NCBI GenBank assembly: GCA_905178155.1
Contig: CAJINV010000010.1
Span: 2,402,616-2,466,615 of the forward strand
Source: Amoebophrya sp. A120
Lineage: Eukaryota > Protista > Dinoflagellata
Reading direction: 5' to 3'
DNA: 64,000 bases
Position numbers and translations under genes: made by a program. The notes under the pieces were generated by a model, which was not told the DNA's origin, made no database searches, and saw only the letters and a list, made by a program, of their open reading frames with translations. Positions 38,001 through 47,638 of this stretch are shown in pieces (position 1 is the first letter of the stretch; every line of letters begins with the position of its first letter).

Positions 38001-41000
38001 CATAGCATACAACTCAGCCTCAGAAACAGAAGTCGCAATTGAAGCCTGAGTAATACTCTTGGTGATTACTGGATTACCACTCAGCAAAACTACCATGCCG
38101 GTATTGCTGAATCGGTTTTGGAAACTTGCCCAATCGGCATCACTGTGAGCAGCAATTACGATGCTCTTGCTTTCATACGGGTAAAAGCAAAGCGCTCGTC
38201 GAGTGCGTAAGTATCTCACTACTCGCTTCAGGCTCGTAATACATTTTTCAGATGTCGGAGCCTTGGCGCAATATTTGAGACTCGTGATAAGATCGGCTCT
38301 TGTTGTCGTCAGGTACTGCAGACTTCCAACAAGTTCCATCTCTTCACGATAAAGCTCATCAGAAATTTCTTGAACCCCTGGAGCGAGTTCTGAAGTGGTT
38401 TCACGTTCCATAGGACATGTGATTTTACGACCACTATCCCCGCCAAACCGCTTTAGAAGTCGATCCACGTAGGCATCTTGATTAAGCCAAAGCTTGCGGG
38501 TTGATTTTTCCAAAATTACCTGAATACCCAATACGTCCCAAGTTCGGGTCGTTGGCGTATCAGTGCTAGGCTCTTCGACCAATTTTAAAACAGGCTGGAC
38601 TTCATCGTGCAAAATTCGGATGATTTTTGTCGGGCCAAAGAAATAAAAGCTGTCAACAAACACAGCCAGAATACATCCTGATTTAGTCCAGACGCATGGC
38701 TCGCGCTTGTTTTGTTCCCAACCATATTTCCGGAGGCGTTCATCTCGATGCACTGACCAACCAATCGAACTCAATTTTAGACCGTTCATACATTTCACAA
38801 CTTTCCCGACTGAATATCCAAGGAATGATCGCAAATTAGCATCAAATTGGATCAGACAGCTTTTATCGGGATAGTCCGCCTGTAGAAATGCTGAAGTTGC
38901 GTCACTGCTCAGCAAGTCCATGCCTGGCGTTGAAACCATCAACGACAGCAAGGTCTTAACTGTTACAGAGTCAGGAACTCCTGCATACGTAGCCAGTGGG
39001 GACCACGGAGCCAGGAAACCAAGACAAACAATTCTTGCCTTGTGCCTTCCATCGCGTTTGATGCTCAGCAGCATCTTGCATGGAATAGGTCTACGAGGCG
39101 AATAATTTTTGATATCTTCAGCAGTAGCAGGGCGAAAGACTTCTAAGTGTGCTTTGATCTCTTTTGTGATCGCAGCCACCCACTTAGGATCTTTCAAATC
39201 ATAGCCGGAGTCTTCCGCTGCTGTTGCTGCTGCTTTGAAACAAAGACGCTCTGACTCCTCTGAAGTAGGATCAAAATTCATGGCAACCATGCCAATAAAT
39301 TGCTCCTGATCTTCAGCAGAAAACTGCGGGTCTTTCTTCAGTTCATCAAAAATTTTAGCAGCAACATTCGCAATCTTGGTCTCACGCCAATCCCTAGCCT
39401 CGGGCTGATTGCGAATAAGGCCCGCAATTTCTTCTACCTGTTTCTTTTTCACTGTCCAGTGTAGTCTTTTTCCCGCCTCTGGTGATTTCATAGATTTGAT
39501 TTTTTGCAATTTTCTTTCTTCTTTTGCGCGCAGGGATGTGTAAAGTGATCGAACATAATCATGTGAAAGTCGAATAGCATTGGGATTTGAAACTGGTTCG
39601 GGAACTGCATTAGAATCAGCTTCGACCACCTGAGTTCCTGGATCCAAGGCGTCCCCTGATTCCAAGAATTCGGCCGGTGGAGAATCTTCTTCCAGCAATG
39701 GAACCTTTTCCCAGTTATCAATCTCATCAATGTCGATTCGTTTAGCTTCCCCAGGTCTCGACCCAATCTTTACGCGAATCGGTTGGAGCTCCACGCCCGG
39801 CGGTGATTCCATCCCTTCTTTTTCTTTTGGTTGTGGCACTTTGTGAGTTTTGTGAATCACACGGAGAAGCTCCGGAGGAAAAGCCATTTCATTCAAAGTT
39901 ATATGGCGGCGGATGTGACTAGCATGGATTCTTTTAAACTGGCCCTGGTAATCGATAGTAAACGTTTCAGAATTCGCATTCTGCTGTTTAAAAATCAGCA
40001 CCGCGGGGCCATTCCAAGTTTTGTTGTCCTTGTTAAAAAATTCGCATTTATCACCAACTTCGAGCTGTTCAGCTTCTGGAAATACATTCCGGGCCTGTTC
40101 CTCGAGCTTGGTCATTTGCGCAATAAACATTTTGTCAGTTTTGAGCTTTTCGATCTCTATACGGGCGGCACTGCGAATTTTGTAATCTTCGCAAGTTTCA
40201 TCCTCCCGCACCAGAATCGATTGGCATCCTGGAGCTGTCTCAGGATCTAAAGGCTCAATCTCAAATGGATTCTGCACCCACTGAACCTGGTGCGGACTTA
40301 ATCCATTGAGTTGCCTAGTTGGAGTCATGTTGATGGCGTGACAAGCTTGCATTGCCAGCTTCGCAATCAAGCTTGATTTCTCGCCAAAAACATAACACAA
40401 CCGATCAAGGACACTCCGAAAAGTGCGATGCCTGCGCTCTACTGAACCTGGAACCCATGAAGATTTCGGAGTCAGGTACATATCGACATCATGCAGCTGC
40501 AGGAAATCCCGCACGGCACTGTTGTCGAATTCCTTACCCTGATCCGACATGAAATTTTTGGCAAGAATACCTCGACCGCGAGCTTCTTCCAAAAATTCCT
40601 TGGTGTCGTTTTTCTTGGGCTTTTTGCCCTTGGCCAAAACTTTGATAAAACTTGCCCGCGAATGCAAGTTCATCATGTGCAGGACTGCCCACTCAGACCC
40701 TGGACCTATGAAAAATGTATCCGCGGCGCACCAGTCGGCCAACTTTGCAGAATCCACACCGGCTGACTTGTGGTGTGGAAATGCGAAAGTTCTCAATCGA
40801 CCTAAATTCGTGCGGCAATATTGTATAACCAACTTTCGCGCCCTCGGGCTGCTGTCCCTAGCCTTGACAACAGTCCAGATGGCTTGAAAGCTTGGAAAAC
40901 TTAAAGCCGCTGAAATTCTAGCAATTTCAAAATCTTGAATCTTTTTCGTGCCTTTTGTCTTTGTCTCGCGTCCTTCTCGTGTCAATCGAATTTTTCGTCT

Positions 41001-44000
41001 TTTAGCTTCGGGGCAAGAAGCTTGATCATCTTCATCCGGTTGAACTTCGTAAAATTCCTGCTGGTTGTTGATCTCAGTTGCGTTGCCTTCGTTAGAAAGT
41101 TTCGTGATGTTAGCACTAAGAAAGCTACTAACCATCCGCAGCTTGATGATCGTACTAATACTAAATCTAGCATAAACTAGTGCTACTTTGTGCGATTTCA
41201 GTTCGACTAACAAATTAAAAAGGCTTGAGATATGACTTAAATTGTACTCGTCAAGATTAACTTCGGTTGCTCCTACTACGGGTCTAGCTACATCTGGGAT
41301 GTTGATGCGACGACAGCAGTAGATTTGGAATCCAAATTCATCCATTTCTACCGCGTTTGTTTCCGCTTCAACCGTCACCCCACCGGTGTTGATGGTTTCA
41401 ATTAAATAATTTTCATCGCACCGGTGAGATTCTTCGGAGCGTGATAGTCAAGATTTCTTGACTTTGCAAACAAGCATGTTATTCTTGAACTGCATCGGAA
41501 GTTTGATCGATCCTAGATGTAATTTCATGGTGGTTAGGTCCAATTTCGCTCCTTTGTCGAGCAAACGACCCACAGACCAGATATTACGTTTTAGAGTGGG
41601 GATATAAAATACATCAGAAATGGTGAGATTTTTAAGCTTCATCTCCCCCACACTCGTAGCGTGTGCTTCAGTTCCTGCCGTCTTAAAACTAGTAATAGCA
41701 GGCTTTGCATTGATGAGAAAATTTTTATTCCCGGCCAAATGCTTAGAAGAACCGCTATCAAGTAGAATTTCTACAAATTCATCTTCATCATTTAAGTAAG
41801 CTTCATCATCACCATCCCCATCATCGACAAGAAAAGTTTCTTCCTTTTCTTCTTGGTACTCCTCCCAGTCTGGTTGGGCATAGTAGGAGTCTCCGCAAGG
41901 ACCACTGGTCTCCCAGATTCCGTAGCTTGCGGATGGGTCTTGACGCGGTGCGTGTGGCGGAAAACGGGGCTTCCCTTTCCCTTTTTCGCCTCCGCCTTTG
42001 GGCTTTCCTTTTCCTTTCCCCTTGTCGCCACCCTTCTGCTGGTACGGGTGGTAGCTGCTGGAACCGTAATTATTCCAGTTGCTGGGACCGGAATTGTTCC
42101 AACCGGAATAGGGCTGGTTGTAGTAGGAATGGGATTGATAATGATCAGCGGAATAGGAATGATTTTTGTTTTTGCGATAAACACCAAGTCCGCGCTTCTT
42201 GACCTCGGCCCAAAAATTCCCATCGCGCTGCTTCCGGTCGTGTTCGGCGGTGTTGGCTTCTTCGGAATCCGATTCCGACGAGGTAGACAGGTCGGATTTC
42301 GAATCGTCTCCGTTTTTCTTCTTCTGGCTCTTGGCTTTCCGCTTTTTGTTCTTCCTCTGGGCCTTCCTGGTTTTCGCCTGCTCCAACTGGTAAGCGGCGT
42401 CGACGATGTCCGAAAGATCAGCAAACTTTTTCGCTCGCCCTCTAACCAACTCGGCCTTCAGTGTTTGCGCAGCATTCCCCCTAAATAGGCGCAGAATGTA
42501 TTTGCTATCCAGGGGATTTCCACTTTGCTTCGCTAAACTCTTGAACTTTTTATAATATTTAATCGCACTCCAAGAGCCTTGCGACAACGATTCAAGCCCC
42601 ACTTCCTTCGTTGTGCCTTTTTCCTCCTGGGCGCTCCACTTCTCCGCGAACTCTTTGAGCCAGCGCATGGGGGTCCAGTCGGTAGCTCCTTCCAGCTTGT
42701 TGATCTCGGTAATCATCTCGCTGACATCGTTCGCGGTCTCTTCGTCCGCAATTCTGCCCAGAAATTTCTCGCGAACAAATTCGGCGGAATGAAGACGGAG
42801 GGCACGCCCGATCCACTTGGTCAAGTGACCTTTTTCGAACGGTTCCAGGGACCATCTCTCGTCCTCGATTACACGGACTCCATTCTCCTCACCCCACTGG
42901 GCCCATTCTTCGTTGGTAAAAGCGGTCCCCGGTGTTGTTGTTTTTCCACCGGGTCCAGGCGTCGAACCAACAAAAAGTTTGCGCGGGGTGACGTGCACGG
43001 GGCGTCCCGTGTCCGCATCGCTGTAGTCGGAGAGTACCATTGTGCTTTAGTGTTTTTGTACTAGATTACTGTAGGGAACTTGAAGATCGATTATTTTGTA
43101 TACAGAGGCAGAGAATGAAAGCTTTTTAACAAGATCAAAAACAACACAAATTAAACAAAAGTAAGTAGTTCTATCGGTATAAATTTGAATCACGGCGCTA
43201 GTGCAAAAGTGCTTTTTAGTATGCAGTAGAAAGTAGTAAATTTGTAATGCGGATTAGTAAGTAAACACGGCTTAAAACCACAGTAGCTATGCTTGGTCGA
43301 CCAAAGTAGCTAAAGCTGGAATCTAGGCGGTGTAAAAGTTGAAAAGTAAAATACTAGTGTTACACGATGCAGAAAGTTGGGCTCATAACTCTGCTGACGA
43401 AATGTCCCAGTATGCTGCAGTGGCCGTGAACACAGTAGCGAAATAAGAAGTAGATGGTTGCACGTTGTGCGTTGGTGGTTTATTCTTGCATGACAAATGT
43501 TACTTGACTCAAGGGCCCTGATAGTGCATTGATTGTTCATTCGGTTTCTTCATGTGTTGAGATGTTTCGTCATTGGATTATAGGTGGTAGATCTAAGATT
43601 TCCTATGATTTAGTTTCTATCTCTCACATAATTTGAGTAGTCAGGCTCTATATCCGATCATTAGATTTAAGCTCTCACTTGATTACCGATCGTATAGTTA
43701 GTTCAGATTTGGATCACGACATTCTGGCTGAATACTGGAACGGGTATTTTTCCGATCCAAACATTTGTCATGCGGGTTCGGCATTCTGGAAACTTCTCGA
43801 AACCTGTGATGCTAGAGCTTCCATGCCAGACCTTCTGTGTCATGCAGAAACAGCATGACTCTTCCAGACCCAGACACTTTTGCATTTCATACGACGGTGA
43901 TTTCCTCTTCCGCCGCGGTTGTGGAAGACGAGGATTCACTGTCTTTATTTGTCATGCTGTTTAGCAACGGAGTTTCAGTTTGTGTTTGTCTTTGCTCCGC

Positions 44001-46143
44001 CTTTATTTCCCTCTCTTCTTCAACCGCTAGCGCTCGTATCTTCTCCATCTCCTCGACCGCGAAGGGTTTCACGAAATCGAAGTCCACATCGCCACCACCG
44101 TTTTCACCTACTCCGGAAGATGCGAAAAAATCCGCCGCCAACAATTTGATCACCATCGGACACGTGTGTTTGTCCTGGGGCTTCATATGCATTGCAAATA
44201 TCCCTGGATGTCTGGAAACTTGTGATGCAAGGAAGGGAATAGTGAGCTCACTGTAATGCGCTGCCAAGCATGACAAGTTTTTTTCATGGTTCTGAGTTGC
44301 GTAAAATTCCGCATGAGAGACTGCGTTTTTTGCATGACAGGGAGGAGGAGCTCTTCGCGGCCACGCAACACAGAGTTCAGAGTCATGCCCGACTAGCATA
44401 ACAAATCTCGCAAACCCTGAGACCCAGACATGTTTGCATTTGATACTTCACCTGCGAAACCGATTCGGTGTGAAGGGAGAGGGAGTCGATCCGTAAAAAC
44501 TTTATGCGTTGCAAATATGTCTCGGTCTGGAAAGTTGTCATGCTAATGTCCGAATCATACGCAAACTGTAATGCGGAGCCGCGCATGACAAGTTTCTGAG
44601 CGGCCATTTATAGCGTTAACCGCATGACAAATTGCCTTTTTGCATTACAAACAAGTGGCACTGTAGCGCAACAACCACGACAGACTTTTCTGTATTGTCG
44701 ACCAAGCATGACAAACCTGGCAATCTTCCATGCCCAGACATATTTGCATTTCATAAACTTCTCCTTCTCCTTGTTCTTCGCCAGACCCCGGAGGATCGCC
44801 GCGAGACACGCCATGGAAGATTCCAGCGTGCCCCAGCCCTCGGACTCGTGCGGGGCTTGGGGCGGTTGGATGTCGACTTTCAGCTATCAAAATGAAAACT
44901 CCCCCCTCCCCATATTGAAAAGCTATGCTTCCGAGCATTTGCGTTGCTGATTTGAGGCCACAAATCACATGCGTACTGCACGACGACAAGGGCAGAAGCT
45001 TCCGCCCCATTATGGAAGCGGCTTGTCATGCTATTGGGCTTGAAGGGGAGCCGTTTGCCATGCTGAACAACTAGACCCATACACCCCTACCTAGCCTGGG
45101 GATCTGGCCGCAGTGCTCTCCTGCAATTAAAAGCTGACTTGTGTACACAAATCCAGCATCAGAAATTTCGATTTGATATGGGGAGGGGGGATTTTTCCTT
45201 GCAATATCAACGGGTCTTTCTTGACCGGTTCTACCTCTTCCGCAATGAAAAAGTCCTCGTCGTCTAGATCCATGGGGTCGGATAAGAGCGTATTATTATT
45301 CATCGCCGAATTCAGCAACCCGAAATTGCTGTTCTTCAAGTGCGCGGGAGCAAGGGCGGCGCGGGTGGACGGAGCGGTGAGCGAATAATTTGGGGTGCTG
45401 TTGCTCAATGGTGGTGGTCCACCAGCACTGGAATTTATCATTTTTTCCTTCGAACTACTAGTAGTTTTCGGCAAGCCGACGAATTTCTTCCGTTCAAACC
45501 CGAATAACACATCCGACAAAACCGCTTGGAAAAAGGTTTCGTGGCCGAGTTTCGCGGACTCGAACTCTGCCCTTTCGTAAACAGCTTCCAGCACGGGAAC
45601 GAGCGCGCGCCGCACCCGGAGTTCGGAGTCTTTCAAGAAGTGACAAGACGCTAAGTGTTGGAGGAAGTGCTGCTTTTCTAGCAAGGTTTGGTTCAGCATA
45701 GACTGGGCAGTAGAACCAGTATTTCCAGTTGCTACATTTGTTGCGTTAGAATTGGATACCTGGTTTGATGCAGCCTTTGCCCTCGTCTGGTCGTCCAACT
45801 TCTTGACCACTTCGGTGACGCAGTTCAACAATCCCACTTTTTCACCCCAGGGAACAAGAGGAACTACTTCTGCAGAAGTTGTAGTTGTAGCAGATGAACT
45901 ACTTTCAGGTGTCTGTGTGCTCGTCTTATTTCTACTTCCTAGTTTCGTCAACTTCTGCCCCAGGTGGTCAATCAAGGCTGCAAACACCATTTCCCCATTT
46001 CTATCCGCTGCTTGTCTGCTAAGCTGCAACACCGCCCGGTCGCGCTCGATGATCCTGTCGCTGCCCAGCTGCTGTAGCAACTGGGAGATGTTGTTGCAGC
46101 TCGGGGCTCCTGTAGAGGCCGCCGCCGCGACGGGGACCGCCAT
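32007..46143 (-). CDS. HEAT/ARM-repeat protein of unknown function, interrupted by ~14 introners and a copia element
   Basis: HEAT-like motifs LGSDRIIERDRAV, LKDSELRVRRAL, GLQDNWSQVKYAAS, NHAVREAAC, LEDESWPVRDHAC; also MYSCGSVAP..GGCMNC. Confidence 0.78.
32121..32291. mobile_element. Introner family I
   Basis: Ends tatcccacagaaaaaagctggcagg / cctgccagcttttttctgtgggata; direct repeat ttgtg. Removal restores QTAHKALAV. Confidence 0.9.
36831..37216 (-). repeat. 3' LTR of the copia element
   Basis: TGTTGGCG...CCAAACA matches 43392-43763 apart from a few substitutions and a 14-bp indel. Short purine tract AGGCGGGA immediately upstream on the minus strand. Confidence 0.93.
37662..41447 (-). CDS. 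pol: Copia pol: integrase, reverse transcriptase, RNase H
   Basis: DDE motifs AADTF / SDQGKEF / GSVER; RT motifs KARIV, DATSAFLQA, NGLKLS, FVDS; RNase H motifs SDADWA, SEAELYA, GDNSAA. In frame with gag across a single TGA. Confidence 0.92.
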   Translation of the reverse strand, partial: LSRSEESHRCDENYLIETINTGGVTVEAETNAVEMDEFGFQIYCCRRINIPDVARPVVGATEVNLDEYNLSHISSLFNLLVELKSHKVALVYARFSISTIIKLRMVSSFLSANITKLSNEGNATEINNQQEFYEVQPDEDDQASCPEAKRRKIRLTREGRETKTKGTKKIQDFEIARISAALSFPSFQAIWTVVKARDSSPRARKLVIQYCRTNLGRLRTFAFPHHKSAGVDSAKLADWCAADTFFIGPGSEWAVLHMMNLHSRASFIKVLAKGKKPKKNDTKEFLEEARGRGILAKNFMSDQGKEFDNSAVRDFLQLHDVDMYLTPKSSWVPGSVERRHRTFRSVLDRLCYVFGEKSSLIAKLAMQACHAINMTPTRQLNGLSPHQVQWVQNPFEIEPLDPETAPGCQSILVREDETCEDYKIRSAARIEIEKLKTDKMFIAQMTKLEEQARNVFPEAEQLEVGDKCEFFNKDNKTWNGPAVLIFKQQNANSETFTIDYQGQFKRIHASHIRRHITLNEMAFPPELLRVIHKTHKVPQPKEKEGMESPPGVELQPIRVKIGSRPGEAKRIDIDEIDNWEKVPLLEEDSPPAEFLESGDALDPGTQVVEADSNAVPEPVSNPNAIRLSHDYVRSLYTSLRAKEERKLQKIKSMKSPEAGKRLHWTVKKKQVEEIAGLIRNQPEARDWRETKIANVAAKIFDELKKDPQFSAEDQEQFIGMVAMNFDPTSEESERLCFKAAATAAEDSGYDLKDPKWVAAITKEIKAHLEVFRPATAEDIKNYSPRRPIPCKMLLSIKRDGRHKARIVCLGFLAPWSPLATYAGVPDSVTVKTLLSLMVSTPGMDLLSSDATSAFLQADYPDKSCLIQFDANLRSFLGYSVGKVVKCMNGLKLSSIGWSVHRDERLRKYGWEQNKREPCVWTKSGCILAVFVDSFYFFGPTKIIRILHDEVQPVLKLVEEPSTDTPTTRTWDVLGIQVILEKSTRKLWLNQDAYVDRLLKRFGGDSGRKITCPMERETTSELAPGVQEISDELYREEMELVGSLQYLTTTRADLITSLKYCAKAPTSEKCITSLKRVVRYLRTRRALCFYPYESKSIVIAAHSDADWASFQNRFSNTGMVVLLSGNPVITKSITQASIATSVSEAELYAMGETAKAALRIYMFCQSIWETLSQFTFERIELPLPISGDNSAACKITVGAAGIPAKLKHMEIRDLYVKDLTEKGTVEPIQVSSNANRANILTKVCSGEEFHRGLKQLQIEIAP
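41448..43040 (-). CDS. gag: Copia gag plus aspartic protease
   Basis: 530-aa ORF with gag-like LSQGSWSAIKYYKKF and protease motifs ILLDSGSSKHL and DVFYIPTLKRNIWSVGRL. Confidence 0.88.
   Translation of the reverse strand: MVLSDYSDADTGRPVHVTPRKLFVGSTPGPGGKTTTPGTAFTNEEWAQWGEENGVRVIEDERWSLEPFEKGHLTKWIGRALRLHSAEFVREKFLGRIADEETANDVSEMITEINKLEGATDWTPMRWLKEFAEKWSAQEEKGTTKEVGLESLSQGSWSAIKYYKKFKSLAKQSGNPLDSKYILRLFRGNAAQTLKAELVRGRAKKFADLSDIVDAAYQLEQAKTRKAQRKNKKRKAKSQKKKNGDDSKSDLSTSSESDSEEANTAEHDRKQRDGNFWAEVKKRGLGVYRKNKNHSYSADHYQSHSYYNQPYSGWNNSGPSNWNNYGSSSYHPYQQKGGDKGKGKGKPKGGGEKGKGKPRFPPHAPRQDPSASYGIWETSGPCGDSYYAQPDWEEYQEEKEETFLVDDGDGDDEAYLNDEDEFVEILLDSGSSKHLAGNKNFLINAKPAITSFKTAGTEAHATSVGEMKLKNLTISDVFYIPTLKRNIWSVGRLLDKGAKLDLTTMKLHLGSIKLPMQFKNNMLVCKVKKS
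43379..43391 (-). other. Primer-binding site (half-tRNA-Met type)
   Basis: GAGTTATGAGCCC directly after the 5' LTR resembles the GGTTATGGGCCC PBS of Drosophila copia, which is primed by a cleaved initiator tRNA. Confidence 0.7.
43392..43763 (-). repeat. 5' LTR of the copia element
   Basis: TGCTGACG...CCAAACA, a direct repeat of 36831-37216. Confidence 0.93.
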
Positions 46144-47638
46144 TTTTTAGATGGAGAAGTGGGGTTGAACAAATCAAATTGATCCTTGAATCTAGTAGAA
46201 CGGGTTAAGATTTTTCAAACAAATTTTGTGCTCAGGAATCGAATTTCGTCTACAACTCTTGTGTCGCTTGTTCCACTATGGGGCGGTGATTTTTGCTTTT
46301 GATTGCGCGTGCGGGTGGACAAAATTATGACGCGCGTACAACTTTTGTATGGGGAACAAAAAAACTCGATAAGTAGAATCGCAGTTTCATGAGGGCCTGA
46401 GATTGATGCAGCGCGTTGACGTCATCAACACCAAGCGAGGTTGTGTCACAAAAGCAGGCAACTTAATACTAGTACGGCTGCTCCTTTATTTGTCGGTGGA
46501 AAAAAATAACTCGCAGTGCCTCTGCAGTGCGTTCGGATCTTGTTTCGTTGCCTGTTGTCGAAGATTTTTATTTTTTCGAGCTGGACAAAGGAACAGAACC
46601 GAAGACAATGACAAAGGCTGCTACATCATATGTATGTCTGGTAAATGAACAAGTATAGCACGCCTCTGTTTTGCGTCACATGTTTCGACGCAGTCCAACA
46701 GTGTGCTGCAAAGTCGGTAGAAAACATATGAAATGTGTATAAAAAATTGATTTAATAAGTTTCAACGCTGTCACAACAGGTCGCGGACAAGCCTGGAGAT
46801 GGCTTGTTTTATAGTCCGGTTCGTGAAATTAATTGTCACCGCGAGCGTGTTGTCAGAAAGTCAAGTCCGCATAACTACTGCCGCCACAAATCCCCTCCGG
46901 GCCAACTGCCCAAAAGTAGACAATAGCAGATCTGCTGATGTGGAATCAAATTTTCAGCCACTAGACCATGCAACTCTGCGCTGATACAGACTTGCAACTA
47001 CACCTTCTAGCAACTACTACAACAGAGGGAGGACATCTTCGTTGTGGCCACAACGAACTGGTGGCCCCTAGTACTTCCATGCATTTCTAGTAAGTCGCAA
47101 AAATGCATATGCAACTACAGGAAGATGGTTCATTATACACCGAGGATATGATGAAAAACCGGCGGTTTTACGCACCTGGATCCTCACCGCAGCCTCGCGT
47201 TTTATCAAAGCGAAAATAGTGTTAACAACGGTTCATTTTCGTTTTTTTGTACAGGAGGGGACAATTGACATTGAGCGAAGATCAAGACAAGTCGACAAAA
47301 GACAGTTTCGGCAGGACGTCGAGACATGACACGTTGAAATAGTACTAAACCTCAAAAGCCGTCGTGGCAAGAGCAGGCTGGCGAAACGGAAACACCCAAA
47401 AACAAGTCCGATAGAATTTTTGAATATTCTGCCGTAATTTGTACAGAAAGACGAAGTCTTGTGGCGCCGAAGCGAAGCGAAGTAAATGCTATGCTGTGCA
47501 TGATCCAAATTGTACACCAGTATGCGAATAAAAATTGCGATTCATTCTATCGCGAAGATAAAATTACGCCTACGGCCGGTAAACATGACAAGTAGCAGTG
47601 GGTCGCTATGGTACTCCACGCCTTTAGCAATATCGCCA

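Larger units (their letters stand above)
36831..43763 (-). mobile_element. Full-length Ty1/copia LTR retrotransposon
   Basis: Two near-identical TG...CA LTRs, 5-bp TSD tttgt (36826-36830 and 43764-43768), domain order gag-PR-INT-RT-RH. Confidence 0.95.
36697..43891. mobile_element. Family B introner hosting the copia element
   Basis: Left end tatggattgcaaata at 36697; right end ccagacccagacacttttgcatttcata ending 43891; flanks cgacc/cgacg. Confidence 0.8.

Noticed and set aside
41448-41450. Selenocysteine codon in the copia polyprotein
   Set aside because: There is no redox motif context or SECIS; readthrough or a nonsense mutation is more plausible.
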